A stretch of 64,000 nucleotides of DNA. Source: Octopus vulgaris (Eukaryota). The notes under the pieces are model-generated. The model was not told the origin of the DNA. It was given only the letters and a program-made list of their open reading frames with translations, and made no database searches. Of the stretch, positions 11,754-24,904 are shown piece after piece (within the stretch, counting starts at the first letter, position 1; the number at the start of each line of letters is the position of its first letter). The translations under genes were made by a program, and so were the position numbers. The DNA lies in assembly GCA_951406725.2 (NCBI GenBank), contig OX597826.1, positions 23,684,001-23,748,000 on the forward strand. Reading direction: 5' to 3'.

Positions 11754-13248
11754 TCTCTTATTATAAAAGGCAGATTTTATCTGCCTCTCTTTGGGAGTTA
11801 TACAAATCTACAATATAGGATTTCTTCAATTACAATTTACCTAGCAGTTTTAAGAGTACAATGCATCGCGTCATGCCAGGTCCAGTTTTTAAAATTTAAA
11901 CTCCAATTAAGCAAAATTTACAGAAAACTCACATTCTGGTGTGTGTGTCAAATGCTTTTCTTAGTCTGGTTTACACCACACGCAAACGCACACACACAGT
12001 GGGCAAGGAATAAAATTAAAGTAATTCACTTACTGTAGTGAGTGATTCTTTCACTCTGCCTCCCACTTCCTCTTTACACACATAGAAAAAACTTTTATTT
12101 TTTTACATAAGTAATGAGAGCGAAAGAGACTAAGAGAAAGCGATTGTATGACGAGGGAAGTTCCTTTGAAGTTACCGTGCATGGGACTCATTGATGTACA
12201 TGTGTGTGTGTGTGTGTGTTTGATGGAGTGTGGGAGACAGACAGTATGTTGTGTAAGTGAAGTGCTTCTGTTAGTGTGTGTGAAGAGACAGAGAGAGTAA
12301 TGTGTGAAAGAGAGAGATAACTGAAATTTTCTACTCGGTTTATGTGTATATGTATGTATGCATGTATGTGTGTGTGTGTATGTATGTGTGTGTGTATGTA
12401 TGTATTTATATATAAAAGAAAGGTTGTGTGTCTGTCTACTCCGATTTAGATTCCTAACTACTCCCACATTTTGCGATGCAGTTTAACCAAAACCGGGTAT
12501 CTTATAGTCGTGATTCATATCGAGCCCTTCTGGGTATTAGCGCGCGTCTACGATGAGTCTATGATTTTACAAATAATTTACCATCATTTTTTTCCATTTT
12601 AATGCATATTTTTTAAAATAAACGGAAGTAACTCTCAAACTTCACACCAATATGCGTGCTCATATGCGACGTAATATCACATCACCAGCATTTCCTCACA
12701 CCCTCCTTGCACTTGGCGAAGGCAAAATACCAGGGGATGAAAATGGTAATATTGCCATCGATTCCATTTGTACCATTGTTAAGACGCCTTCTGATCTCAG
12801 AGATGCAGTGTTCCCAGATTTACAAGCTAATTATCAGAATATGGATTGGATTGGCAAAAAGGCTATACTGGCCCCGAGGAATAAAACTGTTCACCATATT
12901 AATGATGAAATGCTAAAACTCATTCCTGGGGAAGTTGATGTATATCAGTCTATCGATACAACTCCTGACCCAGAAGACGTCATCAACTATCCAATAGAGG
13001 TACTCAATTCCTTTGAGCACCCCGGACTACCACCACACTTTCTCAAACTTAAAGTTAGTGCCCCTATAATGCTCATCAGAAATTTGGTTCCCCCAAAACA
13101 ATGCAATGGCACACGTTTGGCGTTAAGTCCTTATCTCCCACCGTAAGCTTATTTCAATATTTGCCTGAATAATCATCATAATTCAGTGCAATCATTAACA
13201 GTACTTTCAAGCAATTCAGCCCCGAGCAACGCCGGGCAATTCTGCTAG
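11754..13248 (+). mobile_element. Non-autonomous Helitron carrying a helicase fragment
   Basis: Starts with TC after A (11753/11754). Ends with a subterminal hairpin (CCCG AGCAACGC CGGG) and CTAG (13245-13248) before T. No TSD. Contains a PIF1-like ORF. Confidence 0.85.
12652..13146 (+). pseudogene. Helitron RepHel PIF1-like helicase C-terminal fragment
   Basis: KAILAPRNKTVHHIN, YPIEVLNS, GLPPHFLKLKVSAPIMLIRNL and CNGTRL are typical Helitron/PIF1 helicase motifs. Confidence 0.92.
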
Positions 13249-13945
13249 TTATTACTATTACTATAATAATAATTATTATTTCTGTAGGCAACTTGCATAG
13301 AATATGTTACCTCTCAAAGCTCTCAGTCTGGCTGGTTTCCAGACAGATAGATATATGGCATAGTTTTATTGCAGTGGAAAATATAGAAACAAACTAACCT
13401 GTAATGTTACATGTACTAACGTAACTGCAATTGGCAGCAGATATTTCTACAGGAAACAAATACAGAAATAAATAACACAAATAACAATAAAAAAAAAAAA
13501 AAGAATTGCAGACAAAACTTTTTCTTTAAATAGTTGACATCTGCTTTGTTGTGTTTTATTTTAATGCATTTTGTTTTAATTTCTTTATTGAAGCAAAAAT
13601 AGATGTCTTTTTTTTTTATGTTCTTGTTTGGTTTTCTTGTTTTTTTTTTAGGGTGGCATTTTTTTTTGTAGCCAGACATACCTGCACATGCATGCACACA
13701 TACACAGGTATATTAATATTCATTGCTCATCTTAATTTTTCTTTTTGTTTCTTTCTTATTAAACAGCTAAGAGAGAAAAAGTATGATGTAAATGATATAA
13801 TAATAATAATAATGATAAAAATAATCAGAAGACAGGCTGTGCCCATAGCCTTTTTTAGGCTTGTTTGACTCTGCTAGGTTGCACAGTGTGTTGTTAGTTA
13901 TATATAAGGTTAGCTGTATATTGCAGTGACAAGGATAAAGAAGGA

Positions 13946-14845
13946 TTAACCATTTCCTTACTGTATTTATTTTGAGATGCTCAGTGTTTCTCTCAATTAT
14001 TTTAGATATAACAAAGAATTTAATAAAATAACTTAGTTATCATTCAGCTAGTATTAGGAACGTAAATTGTGACAAAGGTGTGGGTTTTTTTTTTTTTTTC
14101 TGCCTTTAACCCTCCAATGCGGAGTATAGGCCACTTGTCGCATAATTTTTGGCTTCTGTACTTATACTCTGCCATGAATGTCCCCCTTTCTCTAGTTCAT
14201 TTTTGTGTTGATCTCCACCACGAGTTCTTAGGCCTACCTCTCCTTCTATATCCATCCGGTTTCCACTGTAAAGCACTTTTTGCTACATTTGGTGTGTCTT
14301 TTCTAATTGTGCTACCAATCCACTTCCACTTTTTCTTAAATATTTGCTCCCTAATTGAAACTTCATTTGTTCTTTGCCATAGCTCCATATTGCTTGTGTG
14401 TTCGGGCCATCTAATTTTAAGTATACTATGCAAGCATCTGTTGATGAATGATTGTATTTGCTTATTTGACTAAACTGTTGTTCACCATGTCTCAGCCCCA
14501 TATAATAGCACCGCTTTTACATTAGTGTTAAAAATTCTTATTTTGTTCTTTATTGAAATTACACTCGCGCTCCATACTTTTTTAACAGGTGAAAAGCAGT
14601 CCTTGCCTTACTTATTCTTGTCTTAATATCTTATCATGCAAATCAATGCAAGTAAAAAGGATGCAAGGCAACACAATAGAACACACTTGGTCGAAAATTG
14701 AGGATGCTTATATTTCATTATTAGAAGAATGCGCATGATATCACAAAGGTGTGGTGGAAAATTTTAATTCAAAACTTTTGAAAACAAGACATTTGTACTA
14801 CAGAGCCAGAGCTGGTTTCAGCTGGGTTGGTATCAAAAGGGTTAA
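13946..14845. mobile_element. piggyBac-like MITE (TTAA-flanked) interrupted by an RTE fragment
   Basis: TTAA|CCATTTCCTTAC at 13946 and GGTATCAAAAGGG|TTAA at 14842. Relatives at ~16885-17110 and ~54550-55130. Confidence 0.7.
14084..14742 (-). mobile_element. 5'-truncated RTE LINE of a different family (BovB/RTE-1-like C-terminus) with poly(A) tail and 12-bp TSD
   Basis: ORF 14197-14433 reads ILKIRWPEHTSNMELWQRT...KWKWIG...ALQWKPDGYRRRGRPKNSW. TSD ACAAAGGTGTGG at 14072-14083 and 14743-14754. Poly(T) on + at 14085-14099. Confidence 0.9.
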
Positions 14846-15131
14846 GACATTTCTTTGAAGGAATTCTAACAGAACATTTAACAAATCTAGTGAAGATAAG
14901 TGCATGTGTAGCTGTGTGGTTAAAAGTTTGCTTCTCAACTATATGGTTCCGGGTTCAGTCCCATTGTGTAGCACCTGGGATTACCAGACATGCAAGTGGA
15001 TTTGGTTGATGGAAACTGAGAGAAGCTTGTTGTATATTTGTACATGTGTGTGTGTGTCTGCTTGTCTTGGTATCATCACATAATTGTTGTAAATTAATGT
15101 TATTCATTTCCAATATTTTGCAAAGAACATG

Positions 15132-15574
15132 TGATCGTTGACAGGCTATTTGAGTATGATCGTTACCAGCATCGCCTTACTGGCACTTATGCCTGTGCTA
15201 GTAGGGAGCCAAGAACACCATACGAGCGTGATCGTTGCCAGAGCAGCCAACTGGCTTCTGTACCCGTGGCACGTAAAAGGGCACCATTCGAGCGTGATCG
15301 TTACCAACGTCGCTTCACTGGCACCTGTGTCGGTGGCACGTGTAAAAGATTTGAGCGAGGTCATTGCCAGTACCGCCTGACTGGCCCCCGTGCAGGTGGC
15401 ACGTAAAAAGCATCCACTACACTCTTGGAGTGGTTGGCGTTAGGAAGGGCATCCAGCTGTAGAAACTCTGCCAGATCAAGACTGGAGCCTGGTGCAGCCA
15501 TCTGGTTGCCAGCCCTCAGTCAAAACCGTCCAACCCATGCTAGCATGGAAAACGGACGTTAAACGATGATGATG
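15132..15574 (+). mobile_element. RTE 3'-UTR/tail insertion inside a SINE
   Basis: Repeated GTGGCACGTAAAA/GAGCGTGATCGTT units, then the RTE tail GGAGTGGTTGGCGTTAGGAAGGGCATCC...CCCATGCTAGCATGG...(GAT)n. Confidence 0.85.
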
Positions 15575-15708
15575 TCTAGCTACAGGGAAATACTAGCATT
15601 TGGACATAGAAAATCTGCCTCAATAAACTCCATCTGACTTATGCAATCATAGAAAAGTGGACATTTAAATGATAACACCCCACCCTTCATATGTACATAT
15701 ATATACAT

Positions 15709-15739
<31 letters not shown>

Positions 15740-15785
15740 TGTATGATTGGGAAGTAAAATTTTTGCTATGTGTCTTTATCATATA

Positions 15786-16140
15786 GGGGCGGGAGTGGCT
15801 GTGTGGTAAGTAGCTTGCTTACCAACCACATGGTTCCGGGTTCAGTCCCACTGTGTGGCACCTTGGGTAAGTGTCTTCTACTATAGCCTCAGGCCGGCCA
15901 AAGCCTTGTGAGTGGATTTGTTAGACGGAAACTGAAAAGAAGCCCGTTGTATATATGTATATGTGTATGTTTGTGTGCCTGTGTTTGTCCCTCCCAACAT
16001 CGTTTGACAACCAATGCTGAGAGACCGATAGAATAAGTACTAGGCTTACAAAGAATAAGTCCTGGGGTTGATTTGCTTGACTAAAGGTGGTGCTTCTGCA
16101 TGGCCGCAGTCAAATGACTGAAACGAATAAAAGAATAGAA
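15786..16140 (+). mobile_element. SINE family A
   Basis: Head GGAGTGGCTGTGTGGTAAGTAGCTTGC; tail GGCCGCAGTCAAATGACTGAAAC. Confidence 0.9.
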
Positions 16141-16714
16141 AATCTATGTTCATACTCATCTAAGACTATTCTTCATTTGAATTTATTAGTATGTCTTAAC
16201 AATTTTGACAGGTTTACCTTTGGTAACTTGTGTGTGTGTATGTGCATATATATATATATATATATATATGCATGTATGTATGTATGTGTGTGTGTATATT
16301 GTATAGCAAATGAATATACTTTCTTTAAATTTGTGTGACAATATATTCATTACTGCAATATTTTTTTTAAATATATATATTTTTTTTAAATATATTTTTA
16401 TCGTTTTTATATTTTCTTCTTGTCCTACTTATTTTATTCCAGACAAAACATGTCTGGGTTTGCAAATTAAGAAAAGAAAAAAATTATTTCGCAACATTAG
16501 TGTTTTTACAGCTGGATGCACTTCCTAGTAGAAATCTGCACTCATTTAGACCATTAGCAAGTAGAAATAACATAACAAGAACACTAAATTAATGTATAAT
16601 GTAAGATTTTAAAGTTTTGATTTGTGTGCTAAGAAGTTCAGTCATCTATTTTTTTTTTTTGCACCACCAACAATTTTTTAATTATTATATATTTCCAGAT
16701 ATTAATGGAATGGG

Positions 16715-16748
<34 letters not shown>

Positions 16749-17603
16749 AAACAAATATTCTTTGAAGGATCTGATTTCTGCAATGTGTGTTTATATTAAT
16801 CTTTAGATTATTGCAGTACCTGTACTGTGTTTCCTGAGTTTAGGATGTTTACCATTTAGTATCACCTGTTTCCTCTTCCAACTTTAATCTTTTTTTCCCA
16901 ATATTTTCTGCAGAAATTCATTGCTTTGTTTCAATTATGAAAATAATGAAAACTTTGGAAAAGTAACTTTGTCATTGATAGTCTGGTGTATGGAACATTA
17001 ATTATCAGGGAATTTTGATTGAAAGTTTTATATCAGATATCTTTAAAACAGGAAGTCTGTATTACAGACCCAAGGGTGGTCTCAGTCAGGTTGGTATCAA
17101 AAAGGGTTAAGGTTGTGTAGCAATAAATCTCCATCTAGGGAAGTTAAAACAAACAGCTTTATTTATTGAGAAAACGTTTAATAAAAAATTGGGATCTTTT
17201 TAATGTAAGGGATCCTTAGGAAACTTATATGCTGTTAGAGAAACATTGAACATGAGGCTAACATGGTATCATATTAAATATCTAATGATATTTGGTTTTA
17301 ATCCTCTCTAACTGCTGGTTGCAAATGTCATTTAGATCAGCAGTTCTCAGACTGAAAAACATCAGCCCCTACTTCCTATCTTAGTGAAATATTTTGCCCT
17401 CTGTCCCCTCACTTCTTTATTAATGAGATGATAAAATAGAATTTGCAAAGATTTGTCCATGTCACAGAGTACGTCTTAGAAGCTGGGATGTGATTTGAAC
17501 ACACAGTTCTTCAGTTAAGATGCTAATGTCCTTTTTTTCCATTGAAACACTCTTTTGCTTCTTTTTCCTTTTGTAATGGATGTACAGAGTATACATAGTC
17601 AAT

Positions 17604-18660
17604 TTAACCCTTTGGCATTCAGATTACTCTGTCAAATATTTTGCTTGTTTATTTACATTCATTATCATTGTTTAACATCCATTTTCCATGCTGGCATGGG
17701 TTGGATGGTTTGACAGGAGCTATCCAAACTCCAGTTGTCTGTTGTGGCACAGTTTCTATGGTTGGATGCCCTTCTTAATGCCAACCATTTTACAGAGTGG
17801 GTTGGATGATTTTTAAATGCCACCTGCATGGGTGCTTTTATGTGGCACCAGCATGAGTGTATTTCACGTGACACCAGCACCTGTAAAGGACAAGCCTGTA
17901 TGAATGGATGACAGTAATTTCACTATGCTTGATGCATCTTGTCATGTACATCAAATCGCCACAACCCCCAGTCCCTTGTTATTTCCTCAGTGAGGCCCAG
18001 CATCTGAAGATCCCTTCTCACCACTTTGTTCTGTGCCTACCCCTTCCACGGGTTCCTTCAACAATTAGAGCTCAGCATTTCCTTACACAGCTGTCTTCAT
18101 CTATACACATCACAATGACCAAACCAGCACAGTCTTTTCTCTTGCACATTCATTATCATCATCATAATTTAACATCTGTTTTCCATGCTGGCATGGGTTG
18201 GATGGTTCGACTGGGGTCTGGGAAGCCAGGAGGCTGCACCAGGCTCCAGTCTTATCTGGCAGTGTTTCTACAGCTGGATGCCCTTCCTAATGCCAACCAC
18301 TCCGAGAGTATAGTGGGTACTTTTTACATACCACCGGCACAGGGGCCAGAGGAGGCTGGCAATGACCACGATCCATGCCACTAGCATGGAAGCCAGTCAA
18401 AGCGGCACTGGCATCAGTTGCGTTCGGATGGTACCTTTTACATGCCACCGGCATGGGGATCACTACTTCAATTTCCATTTGATTTCGATTGTTTTGAATT
18501 AATCATGCATTATCTTGTGGTTTTGTGATTTAGATGATGTGACAGTTTATTTTTAGAATAACATTGTAGGGTATGTGTGAGAAGCCAAAGCAAGCTGATT
18601 TGATCATAAAATAGAATATTTGGGCTAGATATACCTGATTTAAATACTAAAGGTTTAGTC
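17604..18660. mobile_element. TTAA-type MITE interrupted by two minus-strand RTE-tail elements
   Basis: Begins TTAACCCTTTGGCATTCAGATTACTCTGTCAAAT, resumes TTGTTTTGAATTAATCATGC (~18490) and ends AAATACTAAAGGTTTAG. An uninterrupted relative lies at ~42592-42821. Confidence 0.65.
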
Positions 18661-20208
18661 AAATATGGTACTACACTAAAATGCACCCAGCAGCTTGTGT
18701 GAAGTGGATGGGTAATGTGTAGAGACAACAAAGAGTAGAGAGGACACTTGGAGAAATTGTCATGTCACAGACATGGCAACTTCTTCAGTGCTGGTGCCCT
18801 GATAAAATGCATCCAATGCACGCAATAAAATGGTTGGTGTTATGAAGGGTGTGAAGCTGTAGAAACCAGGCTCTCTTAAGAAAAAAAAAAATCTACGAGT
18901 GAAATGTGGTTCCTTGACTATTCCAAGGAGAGCAATAACTTGAAATAGAACTGGCCTGGACTGTAGCCACGTGTCCAACCCATGCCAGCATGGAAAGTGG
19001 ACATAAAATGTCAATGACCACCATCATTGCTGCTGCCACCACCATTCATAAGGGTTTCACCCTCCACTTCATATCTGCCAAAAATGAAATACAAAAATTG
19101 GCTCCAGACAGAATTGAACTCAGGAATATAACTGTTACAAAGCTAAATAAAGTATTTAGTTTGGTGTTCTACCATTTCTACAGATTAGCCCCAACCAATA
19201 GCTCATTCTTCTTCAATCTAAATGTGTAAATATAAAAAAAATAAATAGAATGTTACTCACTAAAAGAAATACTATATAATTGTTTTCTTGGAATACCAAA
19301 ATAGTAGATGGAAGCTTATTTCAGTAGATGGAAGCTTATTTCAGGGTTTGTCTAAGAAAAACGTTATTATGACACAGCATTTTGTTTTGTTCATTAATAT
19401 CATAATTTGTTCATATTATCATATTCTGAATTCTTTCTGGTAGGGTAGTGGTGGTGATGATGTTAATAATATGGAAGTGTTATCATGTACATTGTTTTGT
19501 CTTGGTATAAAAGATGGGCTACAGCAACTATTCTGCTCAATATCACAGATTTGCTTGTCAGTTGCTTGACCTTCATCAATTGAGCATGCCCCTTAGTGGC
19601 TGATTATATGTGCATCTCTGATCATGAGCAGAAGTAGTGGAGGAACATCATAGCCATGTGTTGAGGAATTCTTTGGGATTTGGATAATTCACCTCTGGAA
19701 ACATAGGTGTTTTGTTCATCATCCTTAAACAAACCTTATTCAGGGACCTTTTGAGAGGGATGGGTTACTCAACCTGAAGAAAATTCTAACTGGGCCCCAC
19801 CTGCAAGGTTATACACTATTTTTCTTGATATAAGATCACCATATCATGCACATATGATTGTGATGCATGTGTCTGGTGTACCCTTATCAGACGGGTAGTC
19901 ATGATGGGTGTATTGGGATTTGTCTGTTTGTACCCCAGTGTCACTTTTATCACATTCGTTGCTCTCTTACTCAATAATAATGATGATAATCCTTTCTACT
20001 ATAGCCACAAAACCTGAAGTTTTCGGGGAGGGGATTAGTCAATTACATCGACTCCAGTGCATAACTGGTACTTATTTCATTGACCCTGAAAAGATGAAAA
20101 GCAAAGTTGACCTCAGTGGAATTTGAACTCAGAACATAGCAACAGGCAAAATACCACTAAGCATTTTGCCTGGCATGCTCTTAATTCTGCCAGCTCACCG
20201 CCTTACTC

Positions 20209-20209
<1 letters not shown>

Positions 20210-20274
<65 letters not shown>

Positions 20275-20299
20275 TATTATTATTATTATTATTATTATT
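20210..20299. repeat. (ATA)n followed directly by (TTA)n, an inverted trinucleotide run
   Basis: Direct reading; source of the poly-Ile ORF. Confidence 0.95.
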
Positions 20300-22800
20300 T
20301 CAAAATTTTGCATTTCTCACATCTTGTACACAATACCGCATTTGTCATTACCTTCCTCCCACATACACATACTCACTAACACTTCTCCTTCCAACCTGCT
20401 CACCATCACCTCTGTCTTCCCAAGATTTACCTGCGAACCTTTGCTTTCAAATGCCTCCTTCCATTTCCAAAACTTCACCCTCAATCCCTCCATCATCTCA
20501 CTCATGAGAGCAAGGTCATCTGCATACAGTATCTCCATTATCAATCCCTCTCTTGCACTCTCTGTCACCACATCAACCACTATTGCAAACAACAGTGACA
20601 ACACAGATCCCTGATGCACAGCAACTTTCACTGCAAACTCCTCCAACAGCTCTGACCCAAATCTAACTCTTGTCATTACTCTGTCATACAAACTCATCAC
20701 TACTCTCACTATTACCTCTAGTTTACCTGTCTTCCTCAACACCCACTCAATCACCTTCCTTGGAACCCTATCAAATGCTTTCTCCAGATCAACGAAGCAC
20801 ATGTACAACTCCTTCTCTTGATATTCCTCTTGTAATCTCTTTACAATGAACACTGCATCTATTGTCCCCCTTCCTGGCATAAAACCAAATTGCATCTTGT
20901 CCACATCCACCCCTTTCTGAATTCTTCTCTCCAACACCCTTTCCACTATCTTCATTTCATGCTCCAATAACTTCACTCCCCTATACGCCCCACAACTCAT
21001 CACATTCCCCTTGAAGATTGGTACCACCACACCTAGTGCTCAATCATCTGGCATTCCTCTTCCATCCAGCACACCCTGGCAGAGCTCCACCACAACAATC
21101 CCTATCTCTCCACTTGCAGTTATCATTTCCACACTTCAGAGGGACCAGCTGACTTTCTTGTTTTCATTTCCTTCATTGCCTCCACTACTTCTTCCCAACT
21201 GACCCTCTCCCCTGGCCCCTGCACCACAGCAACTTCCACCCTCTGATCCCATTCATTTTCCTCGTTCGTAATTTCATAATTCCCTCCATATGCTCCTTCC
21301 ATCAGTTCCCCTCATGCATCTCTTCCCTCTTTTTTCATTGATTTAGTAAACCTAAACACTCTATCTGGGTTCTCATCCAGCCTGCTCAACCCCTCCTCAG
21401 CTTCCTTCCTCATAGATCTCGCAACCACCCTCTTTGCACGATTCTTCATATTATTATACTTGGCTTTCATTTGGTCAGTCCTATTATTATACAAAGCTTT
21501 GTGCACCTCCTCCTTCGTTGTTATCACATCCCTCACCTCCTTGTTCCACCACCACGTATCTCCTCGATCTCTCCTACCTTTCATCCTTTTACACACTTCC
21601 TCACATGCCTTTAGTACTCCTTCTTTAAAAGACTTCCACAAATCTGGTGCATCAATGCTTACCAACTCCTCAAACCTTGCTCTTGTTTCTTCTTCAGTTT
21701 CCACACCTTTCTCCTCTCACCCATTCCCTTTCTCATACACTTAAATTTCCTCTTATCCAAGTCAACAACCACCAACCTGTGCTGCAACTCCCCTGGTATT
21801 GTCTTCATATCTCTCAGATACTTTCTGTTTTTCCTGCCAGCCAACACGAAATCAGTCTCTGTCTCATTCCCTCCTACTCTAAAAGTCACCTTCATTTTCT
21901 CTGTTTTCCTAAACCACTTATTCGCCACACACAACTCTTTCTCATCACGAAACTCCAATAGCATCCTTCCTTCTACATTTCTCTCCCCAATTCCATTTCC
22001 CCCATGCACACCCTCAAAGCCCAGGATCCATTTCCCAACAGGTCCATTAAAATCAGCCTTGCCCAAAACTAATTCATCTACCCTATGTAAGTCCCACTGA
22101 TTCACCATTTCATCAAAGAACTGTTCTTTCTCAGTGATCCCTCTTCCACTTTGCAGACCATACCCAAAAATCACCCTCACCACTTCTTCCTTAAATGCTA
22201 ACACTACTGTCATCACTCTGTCAATCTTTCTCCTGACCTCCACCGCCTTCTCACAGATTTCTTCCTTCACCAAAACTCCCACACCTCTAGTCCCCTTGCT
22301 ATTTCCCAACCACCACAACTTGTACATTTTCCTCTTGATCCCCACAAATCTTGCACCCTGGTCCCTCCACCTAGTCTCCTGTATACAGCACACATCCACC
22401 CTCCTCTTCCTCAATTCATCACACACCTCAGTTCCCCTTCCACGCAGACTGCCCACATTCCAACTTCCCAACCTCACACTAGGCTTCTCCTCAGGCTGCC
22501 GGCCATCATATGGCAAGTCATGTTTGCACAACCCAGGATGAGAGTTTGCCCCTTCCTTTTTGAGGTAGGTAGGTGCAGCCCACCCCAACCTTTTGGTTGG
22601 GTGGCTGGCTGGCGCCCATTCTCCTTTGCTATCATGAGGCTTTCTCGGAGCTGGATTTTCGACGGGGAGCAAGCCCTTGCTTACCCCCAACCACAGTTTC
22701 TAAACATGAGTGGTTCTGAGACCAAGGCCTCGACCACGATTTTTAAGAAATGTGGTGGGAAACTAGCTCAAGAAGGCAGGGACACTACTCCCTGAGACCT
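20300..22800 (-). mobile_element. RTE LINE of a second family (APE endonuclease plus RT), frameshifted and 3'-truncated
   Basis: 21659-22690 APE (RLGSWNVGSL, DVCCIQETRW, ADFNG). 20317-21030 RT (YRGVKLL, QFGFMPGRGTIDA, FVDLEKAFDRVPR, HQGSVLS, YADDL). Ends within a Cys-rich segment at ~20310. Confidence 0.93.
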
Positions 22801-23133
22801 CTCTTGGAGCCCCGCCTATCTGATACTTATTTTATTGACCCTGAAAGGATGAAAGGCAAAGTCGGCTTTTACAGAATTTGAACTCAGAATGTAAAAGATG
22901 GATGAAATACCAGCATAAAACTGAGAAAAAAAAAACAGAAAAAGATAACTGAATCTCCACTATTTTGGAGCTGCAGAAAGACGCCAAGAGAGTTGAGTAC
23001 ATGGATATGAACATGAACACACATACACATGCATTAAAAAATACACACCCACCCATATACATACTGATGTCTTACAGTGTGTTTTCTAAAGAATTTTTTT
23101 TTTACTAGCAGTTTACATTCATACATAATTTCA

Positions 23134-23186
<53 letters not shown>

Positions 23187-23662
23187 ACCTCTTTTGCTCA
23201 TTTACCCCTCCTTTCTCTTGATGTAGGGGTGTCTAGGTGAAGGAGCATTTACCAATCTCAAGATGTGTTTGTACTAACTTTTGATAAAAATATGAGAAAC
23301 CAGCCCTAATTTAGCCCCAAATCTGTCATCAGATGTGTGATAATCTTCATATCTGCTTGAGGTATTTCTTTTCAAATTTCAAAAACAGGTTTTCAATCTT
23401 ACACCTATATGAGATTTTAAGTGATGCAGTGTATAGATGTGTTTGTGTGTATAATACATATAGATGTAGGTATGTACATATATGTATGTATATATGCATG
23501 TTTTATTTATTATTTTGTGTGTATATATATATAGAGTGAGAGAGAGAGAGAAATATACACACGCACACACATTATATACATATATATACAAACACATTAC
23601 ATACATGTGCAATATATATATATATATATATATCATCATCATCATCATATATATATATATGC

Positions 23663-23693
<31 letters not shown>

Positions 23694-24269
23694 CACACAC
23701 ACTAACATATATATGCATTTGTGTATATATACATTTACACAAACATACACGCTTCTGTATGTAATACTGTGAATTGGCAAAATCATTAAAGCATTGGATT
23801 TAGAGTATTTCAGTATCTATTCTGATTCTCTGCTATCTGATATCAAATTCCACCAAGCTTATCTTTGTTATTCATCCTTTCAGGGTCCACAAAAAAAATT
23901 GACTATTCTTGGGCAGTGAATTGACAGAAGGGCAAGACGAAACTCAATGCTTTTTAGTGTTTCTTCTGGCCCTCAGTGTCCTGTATCAGTTTCCACCTGT
24001 AAGCCTAAAACCCACCCTTGCCAACTCAAGGCCCTAGCCTTGTTAGTCAAATCCTTGAAACAAAGGGCAGCATGAAATAGTGTTAAATGAGGTTGGAGAA
24101 GCAGTACCTTCAACTGGAAAGACATACTCTGAGTAATGAGTGAGTGAATGTGTGTGTGGAGGGTGTGCACAGTTCCTTATAGCCAAAATAGTTGTAAGTT
24201 AATGAAGATGATTATATAACTCTTACTCTTTCGTCAGTTATGTCTATGTGTGTGTGTGTGTACACACAC

Positions 24270-24425
24270 GTGGCTGTATGGTAAGTAGCTTGTTTACAAA
24301 CCACATGCTTCCGGGTTCAGTCCCACTGCGTGACACCTTGGGCAAGTGTCTTCTACTATAGCCTCAGGCCGACCAAAGCCTTGTGAGTGGATTTGGTCGA
24401 CAGAAACTGAAAGAAGCCCGTTGTG

Positions 24426-24458
<33 letters not shown>

Positions 24459-24685
24459 ATGTGTGTGTGTGTATGTTTGTGTGTCTGTGTTTGTTACCCC
24501 AACATCGCTTGACAACCGATGCTGGTGTGTTTATAACTTAGCGGTTCGGCAAAAGAGACCAATAGAATAAGTACTAGGCTTACAAAGAATAAATCTTGGG
24601 GTCGATTTGCTCGACTAAAGGTGGTGCTCCAGCATGGCCACAGTCAAATGACTGAAACAAATAAAAGAGTAAGAGTAAAGAGAGA
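24270..24685 (+). mobile_element. SINE family A, near full length
   Basis: Same head, body and tail as 54635-55031. Confidence 0.9.
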
Positions 24686-24904
24686 GTATACATATATATA
24701 TAAATTTTTTTGTAGAAGATAAAAATTTCAGTTGTCAGTACTTTACATCCAAAACCAAAACCGTGCTTATAGTAATTTATAAGACTTGGATGGGATATAT
24801 GTTTATATTAAAAAATCAAATAATACAAGATTATATATATATATATATCATCATCATCATTTAACATTTGCACCAGCCACAAATTTGACCTGTAGCTCTT
24901 AATA

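Noticed and set aside
13385-13445. Paired ACTAAC motifs (branch point or QKI-like sites)
   Set aside because: Short motifs expected by chance in AT-rich DNA; no convincing exon nearby.
16500-16565. Candidate exon TTTTTACAG|CTGGATGCACTTCCTAG...
   Set aside because: The acceptor region matches the antisense RTE-tail motif CTACAGCTGGATGCCCTTCCTA, so it is probably a repeat relic.
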